DNA of 60,461 bases, counting the filler, from Nemertoderma westbladi (Eukaryota; Animalia; Xenacoelomorpha): the NCBI GenBank assembly GCA_032718475.1. It is 2 parts of 2 records of this genome, joined end to end, with 100 filler letters (N's around TTAATTAATTAA, not from the genome) between each part and the next. Parts side by side here need not be neighbours in the genome. Positions count along the whole stretch, not along the records: positions 1 to 28,926 come from JAUCBJ010005797.1; 1 more part is not named here. One strand, given 5' to 3'. Shown piece after piece: positions 1-11,834 of the stretch (its first letter is position 1; each line of letters begins with the position of its first letter). The translations under genes and the position numbers were made by a program. The notes beneath the pieces were generated by a model. It did no database searches, was not told the DNA's origin, and worked only from the letters and a program-made list of their open reading frames with translations.

Positions 1-2105
1 TTTTTATTTTTCAAGAAAAAATACCTCAAATCAAGTAAAATATAAAAAAACGTTGTGTTTAAACAACCCAATTAACGCGAGAACTACAAATCATATTTCA
101 AAACTGATCCTATATTTGGAATCTGCGGTTAATTTCACACTAGAAGAAGTATCTCAGGATAACATTTCTCTAAGAGTTTGGGAGGAACTGGGCTGTAATA
201 TGTTATTTTAAGTGAAAATTGCATTTTATTTCAATAAATATATAATTCAAACTCAACATGTCGATGTTGTATGTCATGTGGTTCATAATATACTGTAGCG
301 AATTGCTGTACTGTGTGTGCAGGCATGAGGATAGTTCTATAAATTTTCATTTGTTGCAATTTGGTTAAATGGAAGTAATTGAAGTCTCGTCGTTAAGCAA
401 AATAATAAATTTTATGGTAGCTAGTGTTTTAGGTGGGTTTAGCTAATGATTTCAACACTGGTTCCGATATCCTACTTCCCTCTCTAAATGTTTTATAGTA
501 GGGGGCCTAGCTAGTTCTTATTTCTATTTGTATAGAAAATGTTCCAGAACATGTTAGCTATTCATTTTAAAAAAAAATATGTTCTAGAACAAATATTTTT
601 TGTTCTAGAACATTTTTTAGAAAAAATCTGGATTCGATTTAAAATGCATGGAATCGTTCCAAAACGTGTTTAAGATCAATAAAAAAAATTGTGAAAAAAA
701 ATTTTGTGAAAAAATTTAATTGAAAATTTTTTTTTTATTGATTTTAAACACGTTTTAGAACGATTCCATGCATTTTAAAACTGGCTTCTACTGTGGTCAT
801 ATTTTGTACGGGCTGTCAGACATCATAGGACACATAAATTAGCAGCTACTTCAGCTAATGCGTCCGTTGATAAAGCAACTACTATACGCTGTAAAACGGA
901 TACACGAGATATAAGGAAGATACACAAACAAAGGCAGTCACAGTTGTACTGGCTTTAGCGCCTAAGGTAACCGGGACAAACATACAATGTAGTCTAGAAT
1001 TGCAGCTAACTGTGGGACCAGAGGCTACAATACTTCCATACCAGACAAGGATTGGACCACTCTACCATGATCAGTGAGTCGGGAGCGTTACATGAAGGAT
1101 GGTCCTTCCATGTAACGATTGTTCATGTGATGCGGACGCGTTACATGAAGGGACGCACGAACTCGTCCACTGCGTATAAGTAAGTCTTTCACAGATAACA
1201 ATGTTATTATATCTCATTGGATGCGCAATGAGCTGTTGATATTTTCTGCAATTGGAAAAAATGTTGACGAAATAGGAAATAAAATTCCTTTCGTATGGTA
1301 CTTGGTTTTTGTCAAACTTCTAACATTAAGCCACTGAAAGAAGTCCGGACAGTGTTTGGGGCACTATTGGGGATGGCCAAACAATGACCAAGGCAATCAT
1401 TAAAAATTGGATGTTGATCAAGAGTTGACCATGGTGTCCCCATAACACAATAATTCTGAATTCCGGGTTTTTCCAGGTCCCAATAACATTTTACCAGGTA
1501 AAGTAGAATTAATAAATAATGACGGACCGGCAACAACCACTGTATTATTATTATTTATATTACTTAGATGGATGAAAATGTGTAAACACCCTACATATTG
1601 AATCGATATATTCGGCCGACATATTGAAGAGGGTATTATCACAGTGCCAGCAATAAAAAATGTTCCGGTTTTTGGACAGAATTCCTAGGTATTTTCCAGC
1701 TGGTCCCGGATGTTATACACCCTTGTGACCTGTGACGTCATCTATTCATTGCCGCGTGCGGCGTCTATAAGCAGCGGTTTTGCTATTATATTCCACTCCC
1801 ACTTGGGTATTGAAGATAAATAAGTAAATAGTATTATTAATGAATATATATTAATACTAACATTCGTTTATATTGACGTTCTTGTAACATTCCACTCATT
1901 GAAAATATGACAAGTGACCTCACCATGGAGATAGTAGACCTAAACTTAAACACCACTGAGAAGTAAAAGTTAGGAGAAAACGTGGACCTGTTACACAAAC
2001 AATGGAATATTAGTTGTAACACAAACAATTATACATTTAAATAAGTTACTAAAAAAAGGTGCAAATTGCGAAGACCGACGAACGATAAGTAAATAATATT
2101 GCCGT

Positions 2106-3053
2106 CTAAAGTTCGCCATCGCCGTGAAGGGTGGCGTCGCCGACCGAATCGTCGGAGAGTTTAAAGAACTCCCACCGCGACACGAGTTCATCCTTAGAGA
2201 GTCGTTGATCCCGCGGGGAGCGATCCAGTTCAGTGAGTATATGGTCGACCGCCTCGTCCGCCTGCACCGCGATGGGTGCCGCCATCCAACGCACCGCTTC
2301 GTGGACATCGAGGAAACCGTCAGAGTCTTTATCGTAATAATCCGAGAACTTTTTCTTCTCTTCATCGTAGTAGTTGGGGTCGTCGAGCATGTCTTCAGGG
2401 CTCCCGAGGCCCATATCGGCGGCGTATTCGTCCCAACTAATCTTGGCGTCTTTATTCAAGTCGATTCCCTCCATGTATTCCGCCATCAGTTTGGAGTGAA
2501 GCGATTCCACCTCCTCCGGCCGGTCGAATGCGAGAAACTCTGTCGGAGTTAGACCTCCGTCGTTGTCCGCGTCCGCCATCTTGAATCGCTCCGCGTGCTG
2601 CTCCAACGCTTCGGCGGCGTCATCATCGACATCCCCTCCGAACACATGTTTGGAATATTCTTCCATGGTTACCTTGCCATCCTTATTGGCGTCCTGATGT
2701 ATAAATTCCTCGTGAAGGTGCTGTTTCATGTCGTCCGTGAAGGTCTTTACAACGTGATCTACCAGTTCATCCTTACCGATGAATCCATCGTGATCGGCGT
2801 CAACTTCAAGGAAAAGTTTGGATAATTTAAATTGTATTGTATCGCCATCCAAATCGTCAAAATCCTCAGCAAGTTGTTCCCCTAAGAAAGCTTCGCGGAT
2901 TTCTTCTTTGACATAATCGTCAGTTTCACCGTCTTTCCTGTGTTGGAAGCTTTCTTCGAAATGCTCGCCGTGAACGTGCGGGGATTCCTCGACGGCGTAC
3001 AAAACGGTACATAAACTGACTACCAAAAATGTTACGCAAATATAGCGAAACAT
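2106..3053 (-). CDS. CREC-family (calumenin/reticulocalbin-like) multi-EF-hand secretory-pathway Ca2+-binding protein, single coding exon
   Basis: 315-aa ORF: signal peptide, acidic region with 'REAFLG', repeated EF-hand loops (DADHDGFIGKDE, DANKDGKVTMEE, DADNDGGLTPTE, DLNKDAKISWDE, DKDSDGFLDVHE), C-terminal -HGDGEL resembling an ER-retrieval signal. Confidence 0.9.
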   Translation of the reverse strand: MFRYICVTFLVVSLCTVLYAVEESPHVHGEHFEESFQHRKDGETDDYVKEEIREAFLGEQLAEDFDDLDGDTIQFKLSKLFLEVDADHDGFIGKDELVDHVVKTFTDDMKQHLHEEFIHQDANKDGKVTMEEYSKHVFGGDVDDDAAEALEQHAERFKMADADNDGGLTPTEFLAFDRPEEVESLHSKLMAEYMEGIDLNKDAKISWDEYAADMGLGSPEDMLDDPNYYDEEKKKFSDYYDKDSDGFLDVHEAVRWMAAPIAVQADEAVDHILTELDRSPRDQRLSKDELVSRWEFFKLSDDSVGDATLHGDGEL

Positions 3054-3665
3054 TATGCCAAAATATTGATTAATTCACGAAAGTACCGATACGGTAGGCT
3101 ACGTGGGGCAGTACAGCAGTAGGGGGCATACACCTGTACACTAACACTAACACTACGGCACTAAAATACTGAAATACAAAGAGTACCGGTCCGGTAGGCA
3201 GGTACACAGGTAGGCGGTACTGCGGTAGGGTACAGGGGTAGCGCAGCTGACTGGCTGAGCAGAGCTGCAGCAAGAGCAGTGTGAGAGTGGAGCATCGGTA
3301 CTGGAGGTGAATTCAAATAAGATCAATAATACATACAGTATTATTATTATTTTTTTTTTAATATTGACACCTCGTTTATTTTAAAATAGATGTGGGAGAA
3401 AATCACCAAGGTTACATTACAGGTAACACTAACAGAAAACATCATAAACTAAAAATAGTAACAAGCTTATCTAAAAATATTTAAATGAATATCTAAAAAT
3501 AGTTACTCTTACTAGCATATTTAAAAAGATTTACAGGCATATCTAAAATTAGTAACATAAATACAGATGCACGGAAAATATAAAATATATAAACGGAGGC
3601 GAAAATATTGTTTCATTCAAAGGCCTTTCCATCATGTACACATGATAAAACAATTAATTAATTAA

Positions 3666-4553
3666 CTACATAGATCTATTGAATTTACAATATTGTAACA
3701 GGTTTACCTCCTTTAGCTTTGAACTGAAAATGTCCTTGCTGGCGTAGTTTACAATGGTAGAAGATAAATTGTTCCAAATTGAAACAACTCTATTACTAAA
3801 GCAATATTTACTGATCTGTAGTCTCGAGCGGTGTTGAAATAATTTAAAGTTGTGGTGAACTAATTGCACCAGTGAAGAAAGAATCTGAGTCTAAGTCAAA
3901 CACATTTATTGATAATGCAATAAGTAAATTTCGAATCAAAAATTAACGTACGCACTTCCAGCGGCTGCAAGTCGAAAAACTGTAAACGTTCTATATAACT
4001 ACGTTTATCCAATCCACATTGAGCTAATAACCTTCGCGTGAAATAACGTTGCACCCTTTCGATTTAAATCAATAGATCCTAAATTAAAAGGCGACCAAAC
4101 TGGAGTACAGTATTCTACTTTAGGTCTAACGTACGATTTATAATGCAGTTAGTTAATAACGCTTTTAAATTATTGGTATAAAAATACCTGAATATTAAAT
4201 TAACAATTGTAAAATATTTTGCAGCTTGTACTTTGCAAAAATGAAGGTCAAATTTTAAATTATCGCAAAAGGTAACACCTAAATCTCTACAATCAACATC
4301 GGTCTTTCGTAACCTACCGTTTAGGAAATATTGCACCGGAGTATTATATTGTTTTTACCACGAAATTGAATCACAGTGCACTTGTGACCCGCTAATTTAG
4401 TTGCCAATCGGATGTCCAGGTTTCTAACTTTCGTAGAGCTGCATGCGTGCGATTTCACTATCAGCTGACAGTGTATGTAATTTTAAATCACCTGCGAATA
4501 ATTCACAAAATACATTTCCTAGCTGTTCTCGAAGATCATTAATTAACATATAA
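3666..4553 (-). mobile_element. Degenerate CR1/L2-like LINE, 3' part of ORF2
   Basis: Frameshifted remnants 'CRDLGVTF', 'FSNRVVSIWNNL', typical of CR1-group ORF2 C-termini; continues at 7012-7265 across a MITE. Confidence 0.75.
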
Positions 4554-4555
4554 TA

Positions 4556-7009
4556 CACCATGACCCGTAATATAGTGTCATTTTCTGATGACACGGACCC
4601 CCCCCCCCCCCCCCCAAATTTTTCTACAAATCTTTATCATATTGCTTGAAATTTTAAACACAACTAGTTCAACTCACCGTAGTTGTTACCATGAAGCCGG
4701 AATTTTCTATTTCGCCTTTAAATTTTATTTATAAGCGTTTTAAAAAAAGTGTCTTTTGCGAATTCGCACCCTCTGCATCATTGCCATTCTTCACTTTAGT
4801 CGTAATTTTTTCATATCATTAAAAAGCTTGCGTTGCAAGGATTCCAAATATGTAACAATGCTTGAATTTCGTTGAGAAACAGCTGAGAAATAGGCGTTCA
4901 AAGATTGCAAGAATTATGTTATTAATAAGATTGCATGAAATTTGAAACAGAGATAATTTCACCTCCCCTCTCCTTCCTGGGTGAGGGTGAGCCAACATTT
5001 TTATTCTCGCTTTCATTCTTTAGCTACAAGCATTTGAAAAAGGTGTCTCCGGTGATATTCCACCAGTTACACCGCAGTTTTATTCTTCAAACATTTAGTG
5101 ATTTGTTGGTACTAGTGGAAAGCTGACCGTGCAAGGATTCCAAATATGTAAAAATAATTTAATTTGGTTGGGAAATAGCTGAGATATGGGCATTCGAATT
5201 TTGCATGTATTTGCTTCCGCTGCAGGCCATTTATTCTATTAATAAATACACCTTGTTCTAGATTAAATTAAATGTTTTGTATTTATGTTGAATAATTACT
5301 AATTATTAATGTTCTTCAAGAGGTCGAAGAGGCCGCTATTGTTAGTGGAGTCTACAGTTCCTAGGATCGAGGCCGAGTTGCCGATTAGGATGGCTATCAG
5401 GAGTCTTTGCAGAAGGAATCGATGAGACCGGGGTTCCTGTGTTGCCTGTCGAATCTTCCTGCCGACCTCTTTCAGGAATGAGGTTGTTGCTGGTCCTGGC
5501 CGGCCAATGGTTTCGAAGGCTACTGGTGCGAAGAGGTATCCTCGGTCTACTAGTTCTTCGTACTTTCTGGATTTGGTCTCTTCTTGCTCCTTGGCAACAC
5601 GACCTCCTGCGGATAGACTGGTAGCGAGATGGCTGGGCGCTGGAGGGTCTACGACCGTCGCGTCCCACGTCAGGGACTTACCGCGCGACCAAGGGATGAG
5701 GGTCATGCCGTCTGGGCGATTACCGTCCGTTCGACAGAGGCCTGGCGGCTCCAGGATGGACGGAACACCACAGCTGGAGAGTGCGCGCTTTATGATGTCA
5801 TTTAGCGCCGTGTGGCGCGGAATCCGCCCCAAGCTCCTCTGGCAGGACAGGCCATGTAGGCCTTCGGTATCGACTTCCTTACCGCATCTGGCGCATGTGT
5901 GTTGTTCTGTGACTCGACAGCCTAGTCGAGTAGCGATTGAGATGCGGAGCTGACTGTCAGTTAGCTTTAAACCTATCGACGACGATGGTAGCGCGTCTAT
6001 CCAGCAACCGAAAATGAAAATGAAGAAGTTCAAGAAAATGTTCTAGAACATTTTGTTTATCTCATAAGTAGCTTGGCAACAATACAATGCCTACATGATA
6101 ATACTAGTATATGGATATTCATACATAATCAAAATGTTCTAGAACATTGTGTATTAATTTAATAGAATAAATGGCCTTCAGTGGGAACTACAGTAATACA
6201 TGCAAAATTCGAACGCCCATATCTCAGCTATTTCCCAACCAAATTCACATATTTTTACATATTAGGAATCCTTGCGCGGTCAGCTCTCAACAAATCACTA
6301 AATGTTTGAAGAATAACTACGGTGTAACTGGTGCAATATCGACGGAGACCTTTTTCAAACGCTTGTAGTTAAAGAATGAAAGCAAAAATAAAAAATTCTG
6401 GCTCACCCAGCAAGAAGGGTGGAGGTGAAACATTCTCTGTTTCAAATTTCATGCAATCTCATCAAGATTTGTAGAAAAAAAAATTTTTTTTTTTTTTGGG
6501 GGGGGGGGGCAGGTACCTGAATAACGACACTATATTCCAGGACATGGTGTAGATATTGTATTGGCATACCACTGTTGCCAACCAACTCTTAAAATAAATA
6601 ACACGTTCTAGAATTTTGTGTATTTATTAAATAGAATAAATGGCCTGCAGCGAACAATAATTCTTGCAATCTTTGAACGTCTATTTCTCAGCAGCTGTTT
6701 CTCAACGAAATTCAGATATTGTTACATATTTGGAATCCTTGTAACGCAAACTTTCTATTGATATGAAAAAATTACGACTAATGTGAAGAATGGCAATGAT
6801 ACGGAGAGTGCAATTGCGCCAGACACCTTTTTAAAAACTGATAAAATCAATAAAAATTTATTAAGCGAAAATCTAAAATGCCAACTTCATGTGCGGAGAA
6901 TTGAACTAGTTGTGTTTCAAATTTCAAGCAATATGATAAAGATTTGTAGAAAAATTTGAGTGAGGGTCCGGGTAATCATCAAAATGACACTATATTACGG
7001 GTCATGGTG
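4556..7009. mobile_element. Tc1/mariner-type non-autonomous element (long-TIR MITE), TA TSD, with nested inserts
   Basis: TA|CACCATGACCCGTAATATAGTGTCATTTT ... AAAATGACACTATATTACGGGTCATGGTG|TA; arms stay inverted-similar for hundreds of bp; a further related arm ends near 6550; splits the LINE RT motif 'SVLEPLLF..NDL'. Confidence 0.85.
5263..6038 (-). mobile_element. 5'-truncated CRE-like non-LTR retrotransposon; Zn-knuckle and restriction-like endonuclease domain still open
   Basis: ORF 5299-6033 has CxxC..H..C, 'RH', 'EP', 'RPDG..WDATV' motifs; GC-rich island; flanked by TGTTCTAGA at 5254-5262 and 6039-6047 (possible TSD). Confidence 0.8.
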
Positions 7010-7011
7010 TA

Positions 7012-7265
7012 TAAACAATAGCGGCTCTAGAACACTGTTTCGAACAACTACACATTGAGTGCGGTTACTGAGGAAAGCACCAATCCAAAGTAATAAATCA
7101 CCGCTTATTCCATAACTAGCTAATTTGTGAATCAATTTATTGTGTACAAGCGAATCAAAGGCCTTGGCCAGGTCAACGTACACAACATCTACTGTATGGC
7201 GCCGGTCTAATAAATTGAACCATTTGTTAGAACATTCTAATAGCTGAGAGTTGTAGGCCGTTTGC
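7012..7265 (-). mobile_element. CR1/L2-like LINE RT fragment (upstream half of the 3666-4553 element)
   Basis: 'VDVVYVDLAKAFDSLVHNKLIHKLASYGISGDLLLWIGAFLSNRTQCV'. Confidence 0.85.
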
Positions 7266-7569
7266 ATGGCTTTGCGACAGTTGGACCCCACTCATGACTC
7301 ATCGGTGAGTCATAGCACCCATAGGGTGTCATTGGGTGTCATTGGCGCCAGACTGTCTGGGTGACACCTCCCAATTAGACCAATTAGACCCTAATTGACA
7401 GGTGTAATCAATTAATTAGTACATTTAATCCCTAATAGGTGTCTTATGACTCCTAATTAGAATTAGTCAATTAGTCACGTTCGGTTTGCCAAACGCTGAT
7501 ACGTTCAGTCATTGACCTCAGCCCTTACCAGCTCATATGTGCAATAGGATCGAAACGTAACTGTTTAGC

Positions 7570-7645
7570 CAACCAGTAGCTCCGACCAATAAGTGACGAG
7601 CTATGGCCAATCAGCATTCAGGCTTTCCGATTCAGATTTGCATAA
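7570..7645. promoter_or_regulatory. Candidate promoter cluster (two CCAAT boxes plus octamer)
   Basis: GACCAATAAG, GGCCAATCAG and ATTTGCAT within ~60 bp; motif evidence only. Confidence 0.25.
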
Positions 7646-8714
7646 TTTCTGGCTAAACCTAAAAGGCGATGATCACTTACCTCACCTTCTTGAATCTTCA
7701 CACTCTGCCTGCGGAAGCCCCTAACTTTTACAACAGTAAAAGTTTCTATATTATAAGCGGCATTTTTATTTGTATTTAGTATTTCTGAATCTTGTGCACT
7801 TAATAATCTACTTATTATTGCTGTATTGTTAATAATGATAATACTGATTACTCTCGGCAGTTCACATCAGATTCTCAAGGTTTTCTCTCCACTTCCTATG
7901 TTCAGTCCACTTCAAACCTTAACAGGTGTCGAATAGCCCTCTCACTTCACCACCCGATGGATCGCGTGCATTCTCCCACTCGGACTGCGCCGCTACTCAC
8001 GATACTTGCTTACTTGATTATACTTGATTGCGAGATTGGTTGTCAATTCAAGAAATACCAGTTTCAAATTTTAACTTTCAAGATAGCATTGTAGGTCTAG
8101 TAGATGTTAAAAGTTGACTGTTTGGCAGACGCGTAGCGTGGTTACCGTGGTACAGTGGGGGGGGGGGGGGGGGGGGGGGGGGTGAAGTTATTTTAGGCGA
8201 AACCCCCCCCCCCCCCCCCCCCAAGTAATATAAGTATTTGAATTTAAATTTAATGAATAATGGTAAATGATAAATGTAGTTGACCTATTTCCAATTTTTT
8301 ACAGTGCTGCATTGTGGTTGCGCCCAATCCTCCCTTCTCCCCCCCTGGTCCTCTACAGTAGTCCCCTACAGTAGCTGCTACAGCTGGACTACTAGCTTTT
8401 GCTATTGCTCGTCTGTAGTAGCGCACTCTGCTACCGTTATTAAATATAATTGTATTAAATAGAAAAAAAAAATTTTTAGTATGTGCAATTTGAGGTACCA
8501 GGAGAAAGAAAGAAATAAACAGAAAATTGAAATTATTCAAAGCAAGGTACCTTTACTACGAAAGGGGGCGCCATTTTATCTCCCCTAAGATCTCGTTTTA
8601 GTAAGGCGCAGTAGTTTGTAAATTACATCGTCTTTGTCATGATAACTCCGGTGTCTCTGTTTTAAGGGGCTATTGGTTGTTGGTAACAGATTTAGCATAA
8701 GAAGGTTAAGTTAA

Positions 8715-10079
8715 CGCAATAATTTTTATTGTCCGTTTAAATCCTATTTTTGTCCTTTTTTTTTACTTTTTATGTCCTCCAGAAATCTACCGTTAGGTTC
8801 CATGCTACCGGTTTCTCTACTGCTGTTCTCTCAGGCTATCAGTACCGGTATTAGTATATAGAGCACTATTTTGCAGTATTGCATGTACAGATGTACTGTA
8901 GGTATAAAGCAGGTATTTTAGTACCGGTACCGGCACCGGTACTGCTGTAGGCCTACTGTGTAGCCTACCATTTAAATACGGTACTGGTAGGCCTACCGGC
9001 TGAACGGTTGTTTTGGTTAGAAAATCCCGCCTCTGTAACCTGCTCCTTTCCCTGATTTGGAAAAGTGACCGTTTATTGTTTTGGTTAGAAAGGCCCGCCT
9101 CTGTAACCTACTCCGTTCCTTCATTTTGTAGAGTGACTGTTTATTGTTTTGGTTAGAAAATCCCGCCTCTGTAACCTGCCCCTTTCCCTCAATTAGTTAA
9201 GTGATCGTTTATTGTTTTGGTTAGGAAATCCCGCCTCTATAACCTGCTCCTTTCTCTCAATTGGTAATGTTATCGTTTATTGTTTTGGTTAGAAAATCCC
9301 GTCTCTGTAACCTGCTCCTTTCCCTGATTTGGTAAAGTGACTGTTTATTGTTTTAGTTAGAAAATCCAACCTCTGTAACCTGCTCCTTTCTCTCAATTGG
9401 TAATGTTATCATTTATTGTTTTGGTTAGAAAATCCCGTCTCTGTAACCTGCTCCTTTCCCTGATTTGGTAAAGTGACTGTTTATTGTTTTTGTTGGAAAA
9501 TCCCGCCTCTGTAACCCACTCCTTTCCCTCAATTAGTTAAATGATCGTTTATTGTTTTTGGTTAGAAAGGCCCGCCTCTATAACCTGCTCCTTTCCTTGA
9601 TTTGGTAAAGTGACTGTTTATTGTTTTGGTTAGAAAATCCGGCCTTTACCTGCTCCTTTCCCTCAATTGGTAATTGTTTTTGGCTAGAAAATGAGTGTTT
9701 TGCTACGTCATGTGGTAATCGATTATCGACAACAACCACAAATTATTAAATTTAGAGTCTTTTACCACAGGCGCATATGGAATTCTATCTCATAGTCTAT
9801 AAATCATGGAATCATGGAATGTTTTGGCACAGGCATAGTGAAACCAACTGTCCGACAGACCAGAAATCAACAAATTTTGAATGTTTTGGTATAGGCATGT
9901 TGAAATCAACTGTCTGACAGTCCAGAAATCAGCAGTCTGACAGTTTGAAGAAATACATACATAAAAAATCATTAAAAGGACAACAAAAGTCATTAAAGGG
10001 ACAACAAAAGTCATTATGCACAATTCTTAAAAAAATGAGGACAAAAAAGTCAATAAAAGGACATAAAAAATCACTGCCG
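8715..10079 (+). mobile_element. ~1.36-kb non-autonomous DNA element with internal ~68-bp tandem array (copy 1)
   Basis: Near-full-length inverted copy at 54575-55920; imperfect TIRs (CGCAATAATTTTTATTGTCC / GGACATAAAAAATCACTGCCG); flanks TAAGTTAA/TAAGTTAC; ~10 units at 9005-9690; decayed units also near 11330-11530 and 12580-12640. Confidence 0.8.
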
Positions 10080-11820
10080 TAAGTTACTATCAAAATTATT
10101 ATCCAAAATATTCCCGAATTGCATTTGAAATGATAACTTGCTAGGTGTATAATATCTAAAAAAGCAAATAATTATATAACAACTCAAAAAAAAGGGTCAT
10201 TTTGGCGCCCATTTCGGTTGACGTCCAGAATACACCACCCCCCCCCCCCCCCCCCCCCCCCATAGATACGCCTGACTGTTGAGATTTGAACTTTGAACTC
10301 CCCAAAGCTACTGTTTCTTTTAATTGAATGCTTGGTTGGGCCTTATACGCATCAGTTGAATAATTTATGACAATAATAATATTACCTTCCCCTATCTGTC
10401 AAAACATTTACAATACTATTTGCTACACTTCACTGCAAAGTAAAATGAAATATCTGCCGGGCTAGGTAGTGAATAAGTCACATTGTCATTGACTTGGATT
10501 GGAATTAAATAAAACTCAAACCAAGGCCAAATACTCCCTTTAATTAGAGACGTTGGTACATACTTAACTTGATAAACACATAGAATTCACCATTCATTCA
10601 CCTGCTAACCCTAACTAACAGCATGCTATGCAACCGTGCCTTCCCACCATCCCTACTGTATTCCTTTGGTTGTTATGGATACTAGCTAGTATTTCCAGAA
10701 GCAGATATATTGGGCGGGTGCTACCGTTACCGTTAGGTAATGTGTATCACTTAACTCGTCTAACCAGCCATTGGACAGGGATCCCTACGATTTCACAACT
10801 AGGCGTGTCCCCTTGTACTCCTCCAGCCTATCCCTACTGGTGCCCCTCAGTTTTACCTGTTCGATACCTGCAATCCTCAACCTACTATATATAAGATGCA
10901 TCTCTCTTCCCGTGTCATGTCATAAATATTTAACATACTTTCATTAAATTCTAGCTTGGTGTGAGAATTTTATTTTCGTGGTATCGATTTATTAGGCATT
11001 ATTCAAGTGTAATGGTTGGTTGAAAATATTGGGTACTTTACATATGAGTTGAACATTATTTTGTACAAACATAAACATCTACATGGCCATTCGTTATTGT
11101 TATAAATTAGACAGGTAAGTAAAATCAATTGGAAGAATAATTGTAAATAAATAAATAATATATATAATTCGCGCCCATGAGCACCCAGGTGAAGAATACC
11201 AGGATTTCACTTTTCGGTCGACTTTTTATTGGAATTTTATATGTAAAGATTTAAAATTTTTTTTAATTTATCTTTATTAAGTGTTTTATAGCAATTATTT
11301 CTATCTTATAACCTATACATATACTAATTCGTTTATTGTTTTGGTTAGATTCAGCCCTTCTGTAACCTCTGTTTTTGGTGAAAACCTGGCATTCTTCACA
11401 TGGAGCCATGGGGGCAACTGCAAAGTTAAATATATCGGCAGAAAGTCTGGTATTCTTCACATGGGCCCAGCAAATTGCAAATTTAATCCAATTTGTTTAT
11501 TGTTTTGGTTAGATTCAACCTTCTGCCAATTGGGTTTCTAGTGAAAACCTAATATTCCTAACCTTGTGTAACTGCGTAATTAATATAATAAGAAATGTAA
11601 TAGTCGTGGTATATCAGATTGGCTTCATGAGTTGGTACCGTACATTATGTACGTTTGTTGTACAAACTTTCATATCAGCTATTCCTTGTATTGAAACTGT
11701 TTCTTTGTTGCAATTAGCTTAAAAATTGTCGCTTTCCGCTTTTTATTGTATTGTTGTGTAATTTCTTAACACTCTAGGTCTATTAGGAGCTGAGAAGTTC
11801 TAAGGTCCTATCCAGCTTTT

Positions 11821-11834
11821 GTTGCTATAGCAAC
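11821..11834. promoter_or_regulatory. Perfect palindromic RFX X-box
   Basis: GTTGCTATAGCAAC fits the X-box consensus; function not shown. Confidence 0.35.
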
